Source of the DNA: Eubacteriales bacterium
Lineage (GTDB): Bacteria > Bacillota > Clostridia > Oscillospirales > RGIG577
DNA length: 64,000 bases
Direction: 5' to 3'
NCBI GenBank assembly: GCA_050943735.1
Contig: JBMNPT010000004.1
Span: forward strand, 137,420-201,419
Position 1 is the stretch's first letter; the number at the start of each line of letters is the position of its first letter. A program made the position numbers and the translations under genes. Positions 24,658-34,871 of the stretch are shown piece by piece. Under the pieces are notes generated by a model. That model was not told where the DNA came from. It did not search any database and was given only the letters and a program-made list of their open reading frames with translations.

Positions 24658-24872
24658 AACTGACTCGAGGAGAAAAGATTTGGCTGATTGCCACTGTCCT
24701 ACTGTTTGTGCTCTATAACCTTCCCTTTGTCCCGTCCTATGGAGATTCCATCGGAACTCTAATTCATGGAGCTCTGACCGTTGTGCCGCTGTGGATTGTC
24801 TCCTACGCCGGGTTACGTCACATCTGCCGGCAGTACCCTCTCCGTACTGAAAAGGAGGAAAAGCAATGTTAA
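24654..24872 (+). CDS. Small two-TM membrane protein, probable accessory subunit of the downstream symporter
   Basis: 72 aa. It is coupled by ATGA to the MttB stop and overlaps the symporter start by 7 nt. Confidence 0.5.
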   Translation: MKLTRGEKIWLIATVLLFVLYNLPFVPSYGDSIGTLIHGALTVVPLWIVSYAGLRHICRQYPLRTEKEEKQC

Positions 24873-26410
24873 ATCCCACTCTGCTCTGGATGGTATTTGC
24901 CCTGTATCTGCTCTTTATGGTGACGGTTTCCACCCTCACCGCACGCCGGCAAGCCCGTCAGGGCGCGGATGCCCGCAGCTTTCTCACCGGCAGTTCCTCC
25001 ATCAGCTGGCCCATGCTGGTGATGACCTACATCGCCTCTCTCATGAGCACCTGGGTATTTTTTGCCGGGCCGGGCGCCTACTACCGGGCCGGGCTGGGGT
25101 ACTGGCTGTCCGAAATGAGCTATATTTGCCTGTTTCCGGTGATCACCCACTTTACCATGAACAAAATCTGGGTCCTCAATACCTCCCGTCACTATGTCAC
25201 CCCCGCTGATTTTTTCTGCGACCGTTTTCGCTCCCGGGCACTCCGCCTGGTGCTGGGACTTGTATTTCTCAGCGCTTCCTTCCCCTATGTGGCCTCGGTG
25301 TTGATGGCCATCGGCAAAGCCGGTGACATCGCCACCGGCGGACAGGTGGGATATGAAGCCATTGTCATCACAGTGGGCATCGTCATTGTACTGCTCACCA
25401 TGCTGGGTGGAATGCGCTCTGTGGCCACCTCGGACACCTTGCAGGGTCTGCTGTTCATCAGCATTCTGCTGCTCATTGCAGGCTGCTGCCTGTGGGTGGG
25501 ATTTGGCGGCTCCCTACCCGATGCCCTGTCCACCATCTGGCAAAACACCAACAGTTGGTTTTCCTACCCCGGCCCCGATGGCTGGGTCCCCTATGCGGCC
25601 CGTTTTGGCTACCCCTTCTCCTGCGCCATCGGCTGGACCATCATGCTGCCTCACGTGTTTGTGCGGGCAGGCTACTCCGGACAGGATTTGAACAGTCAGC
25701 GCAAACTGATGTTTCTCACCCCCATCTTGCAGGGAATTGTGTGGACCGGTACCATGCTCATTGGACTGATCGGCATCGCTCTGCTGCCGGGCCTCTCCAC
25801 CTCTGACACCGAGCTCATCATTCCTTATCTCATCCAACACGTGATTTCGGGCGTCTACCCCACTCTGGCCATTCTATTGATGATTGGCTTCTTTTTGGGA
25901 GCGGTGGCAGTGGGGATTTCCACCGCCGACTCCTTTCTGCTGGTGGCCGGCTCCATTGTATACCAGGATTTTCTGGAACATCTCTTCCACTGGAAGCTCA
26001 CCGAACGGGGACGGATGCGGACTGTACGGGTGGTCATCCTGCTCATCGGCGTGATCAGCATTCTATTCGCTCTCAATCCGCCCGATCTCATTTACACCCT
26101 CATCATGTTCTCCATCGCACTGGTGATGCCTCTCTTTGTGCTGGTGGTGCTGGCACTCTACTGGCCCCGGGCCACCCGGATGGGCGCGCTGTGCGGAGCG
26201 ATTGCAGGCACCATCGTGGTTTTGATGACCTATTTTGTATGGAATGTGGGAGACGTCTGGTACGGTGCCTTCGGACTGCTGGCAGCTGCGGTTGTGATGG
26301 TGCTTGTCAGTCTTCTGGATCGCTCTCCTCAACCGGAACAGGCGGAATTTCAGGAGGCACTGCAAAAAGGAATGGAACGCTTCTATTTTCTGCCCAAACA
26401 ATCCCAATAA
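24866..26410 (+). CDS. Sodium:solute symporter (SSS) family transporter
   Basis: 514-aa polytopic protein with SSS-like organisation. GGAGGAA RBS. Confidence 0.75.
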   Translation: MLNPTLLWMVFALYLLFMVTVSTLTARRQARQGADARSFLTGSSSISWPMLVMTYIASLMSTWVFFAGPGAYYRAGLGYWLSEMSYICLFPVITHFTMNKIWVLNTSRHYVTPADFFCDRFRSRALRLVLGLVFLSASFPYVASVLMAIGKAGDIATGGQVGYEAIVITVGIVIVLLTMLGGMRSVATSDTLQGLLFISILLLIAGCCLWVGFGGSLPDALSTIWQNTNSWFSYPGPDGWVPYAARFGYPFSCAIGWTIMLPHVFVRAGYSGQDLNSQRKLMFLTPILQGIVWTGTMLIGLIGIALLPGLSTSDTELIIPYLIQHVISGVYPTLAILLMIGFFLGAVAVGISTADSFLLVAGSIVYQDFLEHLFHWKLTERGRMRTVRVVILLIGVISILFALNPPDLIYTLIMFSIALVMPLFVLVVLALYWPRATRMGALCGAIAGTIVVLMTYFVWNVGDVWYGAFGLLAAAVVMVLVSLLDRSPQPEQAEFQEALQKGMERFYFLPKQSQ

Positions 26411-26470
26411 AATGTGCATCCCCCCTTGTCAATTCCCTTTTCTGGCGGTATACTGAAACAGTCGAAATGA

Positions 26471-26506
26471 AAGAGGCCATCTTCTCAGGAAGATGACCTC
26501 TTTTCC
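26471..26506 (+). terminator. Rho-independent terminator after the symporter gene
   Basis: AAGAGGCCATCTTC/GAAGATGACCTCTT stem (one mismatch) followed by TTTT. Confidence 0.65.
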
Positions 26507-26535
26507 GTGTACTTTACCTCAAAGGAGCGTTTTTC

Positions 26536-27915
26536 ATGGCACACACCAATGACCTGGGACGAGACAGCATTCCAAAACTGGTGCTGCGGCTGGCCATTCC
26601 CACCATGCTGGCACAACTGGTTAACGTTCTTTACAGCATTGTAGACCGCATTTTCATCGCCAATATCCCGGTCATTGGCGAACAGGCACTGGCCGGAGCC
26701 GGAGTGTGCGGTCCCGTAGTGACATTGCTTTCTTCCTTCGCCTTTCTGGTGGGGCTGGGCGGCGCGCCGCTGATGGCCATTCGGATGGGAGAAGGCCGCC
26801 GTCGGGAAGCGGAACGGATTCTCTCCAACTGCACTCAAATGCTGCTGGTATTATCAGTGACACTCACCATTCTATTTTTGCTACTGCGCCAACCCCTATT
26901 GATGGCCTTTGGTGCCAGCCCCGTTACCTATCCCTATGCCAACACCTATATGACCATTTATACCGCCGGTACTATTTTTGCCATTTTGGCCACCGGACTC
27001 AATCAGTTTATCACCTGCCAGGGATATGCCAACCTGAGTATGTTCACCGTACTCATCGGCGCCATCCTCAACATTGTACTGGACCCTATTTTTATTTTTG
27101 CGCTGGATATGGGCGTAGCGGGAGCCGGCGTGGCTACCGTTCTCTCTCAAGCAGCCTCCTGTCTGTTTGTATTGCGGGTACTTACCTCTGATGCGGTCCG
27201 CATTCGCATTCGCCTACGCAAACCCAACTGGCAAATCATACGGCGAGTCTTGCTGTTCGGCCTCTCTCCTTTTTGTATTTTAGCCACCGACAGCCTGGTA
27301 CTCATCGCTCTCAACAGCAGTCTGCAACGCTATGGCGGTCCTGAAATGGGAGATACGCTGGTCACCTGTGCCACCATTGTTCTCAGCTATATGCAGCTCA
27401 TCAGCATGCCCATGATCGGCATCACTGGCGGTACCCAGCCAATCCTCAGTTTCAATTATGGGGCCAAACAGGTGGACCGAATCCGTCAGGGTGAAAAATA
27501 CATCCTCCTCATGGCGGTGACCTTCGGCACGCTTATGTTTGGCGTTTCTCAATGGATTCCCGAAGTTTTTGCCCGAATTTTCACCAGTGACCCCACCTAT
27601 ATAGATTTGTCCGTCTGGGCCATTCGGGTGTATACCGCCTGCGTCATCCCCATGGCGTTCCAATACACCTTCGTGGATGGTTTGACTGCATTGGGCGTCC
27701 CCCAGGCAGCGGTCACTCTTTCTCTTATGCGCAAAATTACTCTGCTAGTTCTCACCATGGCGCTCCCTCTCTGGTTCGGAGCCCAAAGCGCATTTTATTC
27801 AGAGCCCATTGCAGATCTGCTCTGTGGCATCATTACCACCATTGTTTTTCTGGTGGTATTCAATCGTCTGATGCGGAAACGTGAAGCTATGGCAGATGAC
27901 GAAAAACTCTTCTGA
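26536..27915 (+). CDS. MATE-family efflux transporter
   Basis: The N-terminus IPKLVLRLAIPTMLAQLVNVLYSIVDRIFI is typical of MATE. 459 aa, about 12 TM segments. Confidence 0.85.
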   Translation: MAHTNDLGRDSIPKLVLRLAIPTMLAQLVNVLYSIVDRIFIANIPVIGEQALAGAGVCGPVVTLLSSFAFLVGLGGAPLMAIRMGEGRRREAERILSNCTQMLLVLSVTLTILFLLLRQPLLMAFGASPVTYPYANTYMTIYTAGTIFAILATGLNQFITCQGYANLSMFTVLIGAILNIVLDPIFIFALDMGVAGAGVATVLSQAASCLFVLRVLTSDAVRIRIRLRKPNWQIIRRVLLFGLSPFCILATDSLVLIALNSSLQRYGGPEMGDTLVTCATIVLSYMQLISMPMIGITGGTQPILSFNYGAKQVDRIRQGEKYILLMAVTFGTLMFGVSQWIPEVFARIFTSDPTYIDLSVWAIRVYTACVIPMAFQYTFVDGLTALGVPQAAVTLSLMRKITLLVLTMALPLWFGAQSAFYSEPIADLLCGIITTIVFLVVFNRLMRKREAMADDEKLF

Positions 27916-27957
27916 AAATCAAAACAGCCGGTGAGGATTCTCCCCCACCGGCTGTTT

Positions 27958-28746
27958 TCACACCTGCTGAAAACAGTAAATATTGTAAATGTTAATGAAA
28001 ATAATCACCAGCATGAGTGCGGAAAAGAGCTTATCCGTCTGCTCACCGGAAATCCTGCGGTTGATTTTGCGGCCCAAAAAGCCGCCTCCAATGCCTCCCA
28101 ACACCATCAGTCCCAGTGCCAACGGTGCGAACTCGGGAACAGTACCGGTAAGCACTGTGGTGAGAAAACTAGTCAACTGGGAAAATAGAATGATGTACAG
28201 AGAATTTTGTGCCGCTGTTTTGGTATCCATGGAGAAAAAGTAAAACAAGATCATCAAATTGATGGGGCCTCCCCCAATGCCCAGAAAGGCTGAAATGATC
28301 CCCAGAGAGAACCCGATCACACCTCCGGCCAGCGCACCCCGCACCTGTCGGGTATGAATTTTGTTTTTGTTGATCATATACAGCAGCGTGGCCAGTGTAA
28401 TGAGCATCAGGCAGACCGACTGAATGGTGCTCACCAGACTTTCCTGCGGGATGGACTCCTTGACGATTTGAAACAACTGCTGCCCGGCAACCCCGCCAAT
28501 GGCCGCGCCCACCGCCAAGGGGGTCGCGGTGCGCAGATCCACTTTGGAATCCCCCGACAATTTCCCCACCAGTACAGAATAGCAGGTCATGGCCAACACC
28601 GTACAGCCAGACAGAAAATTGATGGTGGAAATATCCAGCATGTGCAATGCGTCCAGAGCAGGTTTGATAATCACACCACTGCCAATTCCGCAAATGGCGC
28701 CTATGGTAGCAGCCCCCAAACTCACGGCCAGAAAAATCAGTTCCAT
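27958..28746 (-). CDS. TauE/SafE-family anion exporter
   Basis: MELIFLAVSLGAATIGAICGIGSGVIIKP and repeated GxGGG motifs. Start at ATG 28746 after GGAGGAAG. Confidence 0.7.
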   Translation of the reverse strand: MELIFLAVSLGAATIGAICGIGSGVIIKPALDALHMLDISTINFLSGCTVLAMTCYSVLVGKLSGDSKVDLRTATPLAVGAAIGGVAGQQLFQIVKESIPQESLVSTIQSVCLMLITLATLLYMINKNKIHTRQVRGALAGGVIGFSLGIISAFLGIGGGPINLMILFYFFSMDTKTAAQNSLYIILFSQLTSFLTTVLTGTVPEFAPLALGLMVLGGIGGGFLGRKINRRISGEQTDKLFSALMLVIIFINIYNIYCFQQV

Positions 28747-28868
28747 TTCTCTTCCTCCATTTCCCTCATTCTGGCTGTTATTATAGCACAAATCCCCATA
28801 AAACACCACCATCAGCCAGATTTCGCACCCAGAAAAAAGGCCGGGCACTATAGTGCCCGGCCTTTTTT

Positions 28869-29792
28869 TCATTTCCCACGAAAATAAACTCTTTTTGCGG
28901 TATTATACATGATGTTTTCCAGTTCCTGCTCATTGAAATGCCCACATTGGACAATGGAATTCACCATGTCCTCAAAGGAATGAGCCGTCAATGCGGTGGG
29001 CAAATCAGTGCCGAACATCATACGCTCACTCCCCACCCGATCCCGGGTGAGCTTCATGTAATGAGCAGCGGTGGGATAGGGCGCCACATCAGGCAGTGTA
29101 TTCCACAGCAGCGCGGCCAAGTCAAAGCTGACATTTTCAAAGGGTTTCAACGCATCCAACGCCATAATCAGCTTTTCCTCATCCCCCGGACGCTTGGTGG
29201 GCGCAAAGGTATGACACACCACCAGCTGAATATGGGGACAATTCCGCAGGATATCCAGCGTTTCTTCCAGCTGAAAGCTCTCCATGTAGGGACTGCCATA
29301 ATCCAGTGCCACCACCAGCCGTTTTTGTTCAGCCTTGTACCACACATGGTCCATCAGCGGAGCATTGAGTTTGAAATCCCCGTGGAAGCCCATAAAGCCT
29401 CCTCCGGTACTGAATTCAAACTTCAGAATATCAAATCCCTCTTTGTCCACCCAACGGTCCAAAATTGCTTTGGCTTCCAGGAAATAGGGGTCAATGGTGC
29501 ACGCACCTACAAAACGATCCGGATATTTCTCCACAGCTTCCTTGACATATTCATTCATGAAGCCATAGAGATTGCCCTGCAGCAAGACTCCGCGTTCTAC
29601 GCCATAGCGATCCATCAGCTCCACAGCTTTTTCCGGCGGAAAGGACACATCTCCCATGCCCTCTGGAATAATGCGCATCTCATCGCCATTGGCCCAGCGG
29701 CCCCAGCCATTCCCAATGGCCCGCAGTTCACCTTTTCTGCCATAGCCTTTGAGATAATCAAAAATATGCATGTGCGCGTCAATGATTTTCAT
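28869..29792 (-). CDS. Amidohydrolase-2 family metal-dependent hydrolase (lactonase/decarboxylase-like)
   Basis: MKIIDAHMHIFD N-terminal HxH motif. 307 aa, last gene of the sugar ABC operon. Confidence 0.7.
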   Translation of the reverse strand: MKIIDAHMHIFDYLKGYGRKGELRAIGNGWGRWANGDEMRIIPEGMGDVSFPPEKAVELMDRYGVERGVLLQGNLYGFMNEYVKEAVEKYPDRFVGACTIDPYFLEAKAILDRWVDKEGFDILKFEFSTGGGFMGFHGDFKLNAPLMDHVWYKAEQKRLVVALDYGSPYMESFQLEETLDILRNCPHIQLVVCHTFAPTKRPGDEEKLIMALDALKPFENVSFDLAALLWNTLPDVAPYPTAAHYMKLTRDRVGSERMMFGTDLPTALTAHSFEDMVNSIVQCGHFNEQELENIMYNTAKRVYFRGK

Positions 29793-29803
29793 GACTGTCT
29801 CCT

Positions 29804-30778
29804 TTATTGCGCAGGCAATCTTTTCTGTTTCTTGGCCTTCTTTTCACTCTTGGCGTAAAAATCAATGGCCACTGCTGTTACAATGACAATGCCTTTGGCC
29901 ACCGAATGATAGGTGGTGGGAGCGTCCATCAGGGTCAGGCCATTGTTAATCAGGCCCACCAGCAAAGCACCGAACAAGGCTCCCTGGATGGTACCTTCGC
30001 CGCCAAACAGGCTGGTGCCGCCCACCACGATGGCGGTGAGCACATCCATCTCATAGCCGCGGGCCATCAGAGAGCTGGCCTGCTGCACCTTGGAGGAAAG
30101 AACGATGCCGCCCAGAGAAGCGGTGAGTCCCGAGAAGGTATACGCCATCACAGTCACCAGCTTGGAGCGAATACCGGAGAGATCCGATGCTTCGGGGTTG
30201 CCGCCCACAGCATACAGTTCCCGCCCATACACCGTATGGTTGAGTATAAAATAGCTGATGGCCGCCATGACCAGCATAATGCCGATGGGCATATAACCAG
30301 TGCCAATGGCCAGAAACGCATCCGGCTTCAGCAGGCCAAAGGTTTCGCCGCCCGTCAGAGCGATGGCAACGCCATTGATCACCGTCTGAGAAGCCATGGT
30401 AATCAGGAATGCCGGTACCGCAAAGGCTGTGACCAGCACTCCATGGATCATTCCAATGGCAGCTCCGGTCAGCAGAGCCAGCGCGCAGCCCATCACCACA
30501 CTTTGGGTGGTATAGCCATTGTTCATGATAGTAAAGACCAATATAATACCCGATAGACAGCTGACCGACCCCACAGCCAAATCAATGCCGCCCAGCAAAA
30601 TGACACAAATGGTACCAGTGGTCATAATGCCAATCACCGCTACTGCCCAGAGAATCCCTGAGAAGTTGCCCCAAGTATTGAATACACCTGGTTTGAGCAA
30701 TGTCAATACCAGCATTACCACTGCCAAAATACAGGGGTACCGCAACGTATAGAGAATATTTTTCGCTTTTTTGTTCAT
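29804..30778 (-). CDS. Sugar ABC transporter permease (CUT2/RbsC-like)
   Basis: 324-aa polytopic protein adjacent to a duplicated-ATPase gene. Confidence 0.8.
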   Translation of the reverse strand: MNKKAKNILYTLRYPCILAVVMLVLTLLKPGVFNTWGNFSGILWAVAVIGIMTTGTICVILLGGIDLAVGSVSCLSGIILVFTIMNNGYTTQSVVMGCALALLTGAAIGMIHGVLVTAFAVPAFLITMASQTVINGVAIALTGGETFGLLKPDAFLAIGTGYMPIGIMLVMAAISYFILNHTVYGRELYAVGGNPEASDLSGIRSKLVTVMAYTFSGLTASLGGIVLSSKVQQASSLMARGYEMDVLTAIVVGGTSLFGGEGTIQGALFGALLVGLINNGLTLMDAPTTYHSVAKGIVIVTAVAIDFYAKSEKKAKKQKRLPAQ

Positions 30779-30789
30779 GGTTCCACCTC

Positions 30790-32331
30790 CTAGATGATGC
30801 CGGAGGATGCCTGCAAAACATCCTCTTCTGTCACGCTGCCCGTTGTGAACTCCTTAATGATGGCTCCCTTTCGCATTACAAGAATGCGATGAGACAGCTT
30901 GATGAGTTCAGGCAGATCAGAGGTTACCAGAAGAACCATAACCCCGCTGTCCGCCAGCGCGTTGATATGGCTGTAAATCTCATCCTTTGCACCTACGTCG
31001 ATACCCGCTGTGGGTTCATCGATCAGCAGCAATTTCAGGTCACGCATCAGCCACTTGCCCAGCACTACCTTCTGTTGGTTGCCGCCCGACAGATTACCCA
31101 CCGGAATATCAATCCGCTTGGGACGAATGTCAATATGGTCCACCGCTTTTTGGGCCAGTGTTTTTTCCTGTTTACCGGATACCACTCCGCCGCTACTTAA
31201 ATGATCATAGCTGGTCAGCGCCACATTCTTATTGATGGACAGTAGCGGCACAAAGCCCTGATTACGCCGGTCTTCCGGAATCAATCCAATGCCATTCTGC
31301 ACGCTCTTTTTCAGGCTGGGACGATAGGGTTTCCCCTCCAGCAGGATTTCCCCGGAGGCAAACCGGTCCGCTCCATAAATGGCGCGCAGCAATTCCGTAC
31401 GGCCGGAACCAACCAGCCCGCTGATGCCCAAAATTTCACCTCTATGCAGCTGGAAGCTCACGTCCCGCAATTTTCCCGGAGCGGTGAGATGGCGCACTTC
31501 CAATCCCACTTCCCCAGTAGGCTCCCGCAATACGCCAGAGCTTTCATTTTCTTCCAGCGTTTTGCCGATCATCAGATTGATGACTTCCTTGGGGTCAATC
31601 TCTCCCTTTTCCAAGGTGGTGACATTTTTGCCATCCCGCAGTACCGTCAGACGGTCAGACAGCATATAGACCTCTTCCAGCCGGTGAGAAATGTAAATGA
31701 TACTCACGTCTTTATCCCGCAGTCTCCGGATAATGGAGAACAGAATCTCCGATTCACCAGCGCTGAGAGAAGCGGTGGGTTCATCCATGATGATGATATT
31801 GGCATTGGTGGACAGTGCTTTGAGAATTTCCACCATCTGCCGCTGGGCAATGCTCAAACTCTCCACCATATCGGTGGCCTTCAGCGGGAAACCGTACTCA
31901 TTGATCAGGTCAGTCACCTGAGATTCCAGTTTCTTCCGGTCGATGAAGGGACCGATGGTGGGCTCCCGCCCCAGCAAAATATTCTGCGCCACCGTACAGG
32001 TGGGAATGGAACTCAGCTCCTGAAAAATAACCGCAATGCCATAGCGGGCAGCATCCTGCCGGTTTTGAATATCAATCTCCTGTCCCGCGTAATACAGTTC
32101 ACCACTGTCACGGGTATAGGCTCCGGTGATGATTTTAATGAGAGTGGATTTCCCTGCTCCATTCTCACCCATCAGAGAGTGTACCTCACCTTTGCGCACA
32201 TCAAAATGCACATCGTTGAGCACTTGAATCCCGTTGAAACTCTTATTGATGTGACGAGCTTCCAGCAATACCTGCCCCCGTTCCACATCCAGATGACTCT
32301 GCTGCGTGGCAGCTGTGGTTTTCATTTTCAT
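30790..32331 (-). CDS. Sugar ABC transporter ATP-binding protein (fused double ATPase, RbsA-like)
   Basis: Two ABC cassettes: GENGAGKST / LSIAQRQMVEI and LSGGNQQKVVLGKWL / LLLIDEPTAGIDVGA. Confidence 0.9.
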   Translation of the reverse strand: MKMKTTAATQQSHLDVERGQVLLEARHINKSFNGIQVLNDVHFDVRKGEVHSLMGENGAGKSTLIKIITGAYTRDSGELYYAGQEIDIQNRQDAARYGIAVIFQELSSIPTCTVAQNILLGREPTIGPFIDRKKLESQVTDLINEYGFPLKATDMVESLSIAQRQMVEILKALSTNANIIIMDEPTASLSAGESEILFSIIRRLRDKDVSIIYISHRLEEVYMLSDRLTVLRDGKNVTTLEKGEIDPKEVINLMIGKTLEENESSGVLREPTGEVGLEVRHLTAPGKLRDVSFQLHRGEILGISGLVGSGRTELLRAIYGADRFASGEILLEGKPYRPSLKKSVQNGIGLIPEDRRNQGFVPLLSINKNVALTSYDHLSSGGVVSGKQEKTLAQKAVDHIDIRPKRIDIPVGNLSGGNQQKVVLGKWLMRDLKLLLIDEPTAGIDVGAKDEIYSHINALADSGVMVLLVTSDLPELIKLSHRILVMRKGAIIKEFTTGSVTEEDVLQASSGII

Positions 32332-33341
32332 ACGGACGCACCTCCCACTGCGGCTTCTTCTTCTACCGGCCGACTCTTGAGACGTTTTTCATACATCCGC
32401 TGATACCAAGCGTCAAAAATCACCACAACCATAATTATCAAGCCTTTGATGATATACTGATAAGCAGTGGGAATATCCAATTTGTAAATGCCGCTGTTAA
32501 GCACTGCCATAAACAGTGTACCGATCACTGTGCCCACAATGTCGCCCCGGCCGCCGCTGAAACTACAGCCGCCTACCACCACTGCGGCAATGACATCAAA
32601 TTCAAAGCCAGTACCCAGTTCAGGAGTGGCGGTGCCCATGCGGGCAGAAGTAAAGATGGCGCCCAGACCACAGCAAAAGCCGGAAAGAGCATACACCATC
32701 TGTTTGATTCTGGACACGTTGATACCAGAAAGAATAGCAGATTTCAGATTGGAACCCACCGCATAGGTATAGGTGCCGAATTTGGTGTGTTTGAGCAAAA
32801 TATGTCCTACAATTGCCATCAGGAAAAAGGCAATGGTCACAAAATACAGACCACCCACATCATCCGCCAAAGCCAGAAAAGCCCGATTTTGAATACGGGA
32901 TGTAACCACAAAACCGCTGGCATCTCGCATGGTGATCATCAAAGTCAGGCCGCGGTAAATATTCATGGTTGCCAGCACCGCAATAAAATCCGGCACATGC
33001 AGTTTGGTGATAATCAAACCATTGATATAGCCGCACAATACGCCCACCAGACATCCCAGAAGCAGGATGACAGGCAGCGGCAATGGGGTAAAACGAATCA
33101 TATCGGCACAGGCCATAGCCACCACAGCCATCATAGAACCAGTGGACAAATCAATGCCCGCTGTGATGATTACAAAGGTAACGCCAACAGCCGCAATGCC
33201 CACTACCCCTGCTTCCCGCAAAATGGAAAACAAATTGCGGGTGCTTAAAAAAGTATCCGTAGTCAACGTAAACAGCACAGCCAACAACAACAAAAGTCCT
33301 ACGGAGATCAACTTTCGCATAGTGGATTGTTTCAATTTCAA
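32328..33341 (-). CDS. Sugar ABC transporter permease (CUT2)
   Basis: 337-aa polytopic protein. Its stop overlaps the ATPase start. Confidence 0.8.
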   Translation of the reverse strand: MKLKQSTMRKLISVGLLLLLAVLFTLTTDTFLSTRNLFSILREAGVVGIAAVGVTFVIITAGIDLSTGSMMAVVAMACADMIRFTPLPLPVILLLGCLVGVLCGYINGLIITKLHVPDFIAVLATMNIYRGLTLMITMRDASGFVVTSRIQNRAFLALADDVGGLYFVTIAFFLMAIVGHILLKHTKFGTYTYAVGSNLKSAILSGINVSRIKQMVYALSGFCCGLGAIFTSARMGTATPELGTGFEFDVIAAVVVGGCSFSGGRGDIVGTVIGTLFMAVLNSGIYKLDIPTAYQYIIKGLIIMVVVIFDAWYQRMYEKRLKSRPVEEEAAVGGASV

Positions 33342-33434
33342 TGTAATTCCCCCTTGTCCCAGTGCCGGAGAAAATAAAAGAAACAGGCGGAGGAGATCCC
33401 CCCGCCTGCCCTGTTTTCTCCTATGCGGATTATA

Positions 33435-34472
33435 TTACCAGCGATCTTCTTCAGCAATGTTGCCTACATTCTCCTTGGTCACGGGGATAGGAGCCAGCTT
33501 CACAATAGGAGTGGAACCATTGGGTGCAGTGGTAATACCTGCACTGACGCAATACAGAGCCAGTCTGGCTGCAGTTGCACCTTGTTCATAGCAGTTGGTG
33601 TACACAGTACCGGTCAGCTCGCCATTTTCAATCATGGTCAGAGCATCCTTTTCACCATCAGCGCCCCAAATGACCATTTCATCCAGACGCCCAGCTGCCT
33701 TGGCTGCCAGAGCGGCGCCTTCCGCCATGGAGTCGTTGACAGCAAACACACCGTCAATCTGAGGATTGGCCTGCATAAAGCTGTTCATGATATCCATGGC
33801 CTTTTCCTTCAGCCATTCAGCGTTCTGTGCTGCCACAATCTCAATGCCAGGACAGTTGGCCTCAATGTAGTCCCGGAATCCCTTTTCTCTCTGCACACCC
33901 AAAGACGCTCCGGGAGGAGACTGCAGGATTACAACCTTACCTTCACCATTCAATGCTTTTTCCATCTCCTGGGCTACTACACGGCCGGCTTCGTAATCCA
34001 CCATAGCCACCAAACCTGCATGAGCCGTATCCGCATCCAAATTCAGGTTAATAACAGGGATACCCGCTGCTTCCGCATCTTCCACCGAAGCGGCCAGAGC
34101 AGCGCTGTCATATGCCTGCAGGAAAATGACGTCATACTCCTGATTGATCAGTTCTTCCATCAGTTTGATCTGAGTTTCAGCCTTGTTCTCACCATCAAAA
34201 GCCTGATATTGAATATTGGGGAAATACTGCAGTTCCCGCTCAATACCCGTAGACCATGCCACCGGCACACTGTGACCGATCATGTTGGTGATGAAGCCGA
34301 ATTTCAGTTCATCGGTGTATGGATCCTTAGCTTCAACATTGTTGCCCCCTTGATCTCCTGTGTCACCGCCCTGATCCCCGGTATCACCGCCGCTACAGCC
34401 GGTCAGCATCAGACCACAGGTCAAGCTCAGTGCCAACAAAAGACTCAACAATTTTTTGGTGTTCTTTTTCAT
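33435..34472 (-). CDS. Sugar ABC transporter substrate-binding lipoprotein (periplasmic-binding-protein type I)
   Basis: MKKNTKKLLSLLLALSLTCGLMLTGCSG lipoprotein signal. Start at the 15th codon of the track ORF. Confidence 0.8.
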   Translation of the reverse strand: MKKNTKKLLSLLLALSLTCGLMLTGCSGGDTGDQGGDTGDQGGNNVEAKDPYTDELKFGFITNMIGHSVPVAWSTGIERELQYFPNIQYQAFDGENKAETQIKLMEELINQEYDVIFLQAYDSAALAASVEDAEAAGIPVINLNLDADTAHAGLVAMVDYEAGRVVAQEMEKALNGEGKVVILQSPPGASLGVQREKGFRDYIEANCPGIEIVAAQNAEWLKEKAMDIMNSFMQANPQIDGVFAVNDSMAEGAALAAKAAGRLDEMVIWGADGEKDALTMIENGELTGTVYTNCYEQGATAARLALYCVSAGITTAPNGSTPIVKLAPIPVTKENVGNIAEEDRW

Positions 34473-34871
34473 TCTCCACACTCCTCGCTGTTTGGATTCT
34501 TGATTCTGCTGCATCAGCAGAACTCCTGTTCTTAGAGTACACTACTGCCTGCTGTACAACAATATGTATATTGTACAAATTGTATAATACAAATTCTACA
34601 TTTAGAAATTGTTTTATCTATATTGTCTATATTTTCTATGATTTCTGTAAATTATCACAAATATTATCACTTAAAAATGTTCCTTTTTCATTTTATTGTT
34701 AGTTTGTATGCGAATTGTTTCAATTTGCACTTAATTTTTTATGCATTACCTACAATTCACCTATTATACAAACATTTTTGTCATACATATCTCCAGTTTC
34801 TTTACATTTGTAACTGGTTCAAACACTTTTCAAACAAAAAAGACGACAGATTTTCTGTCGTCTTTTTGCTT

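Noticed and set aside
26426-26535. TTGTCA-17-TATACT promoter-like sequence followed by a strong terminator hairpin in front of the MATE gene, suggesting an attenuator or riboswitch
   Set aside because: The putative leader would consist of little more than the hairpin. The hairpin is positioned as the ordinary terminator of the upstream symporter operon. I recognised no riboswitch motif.
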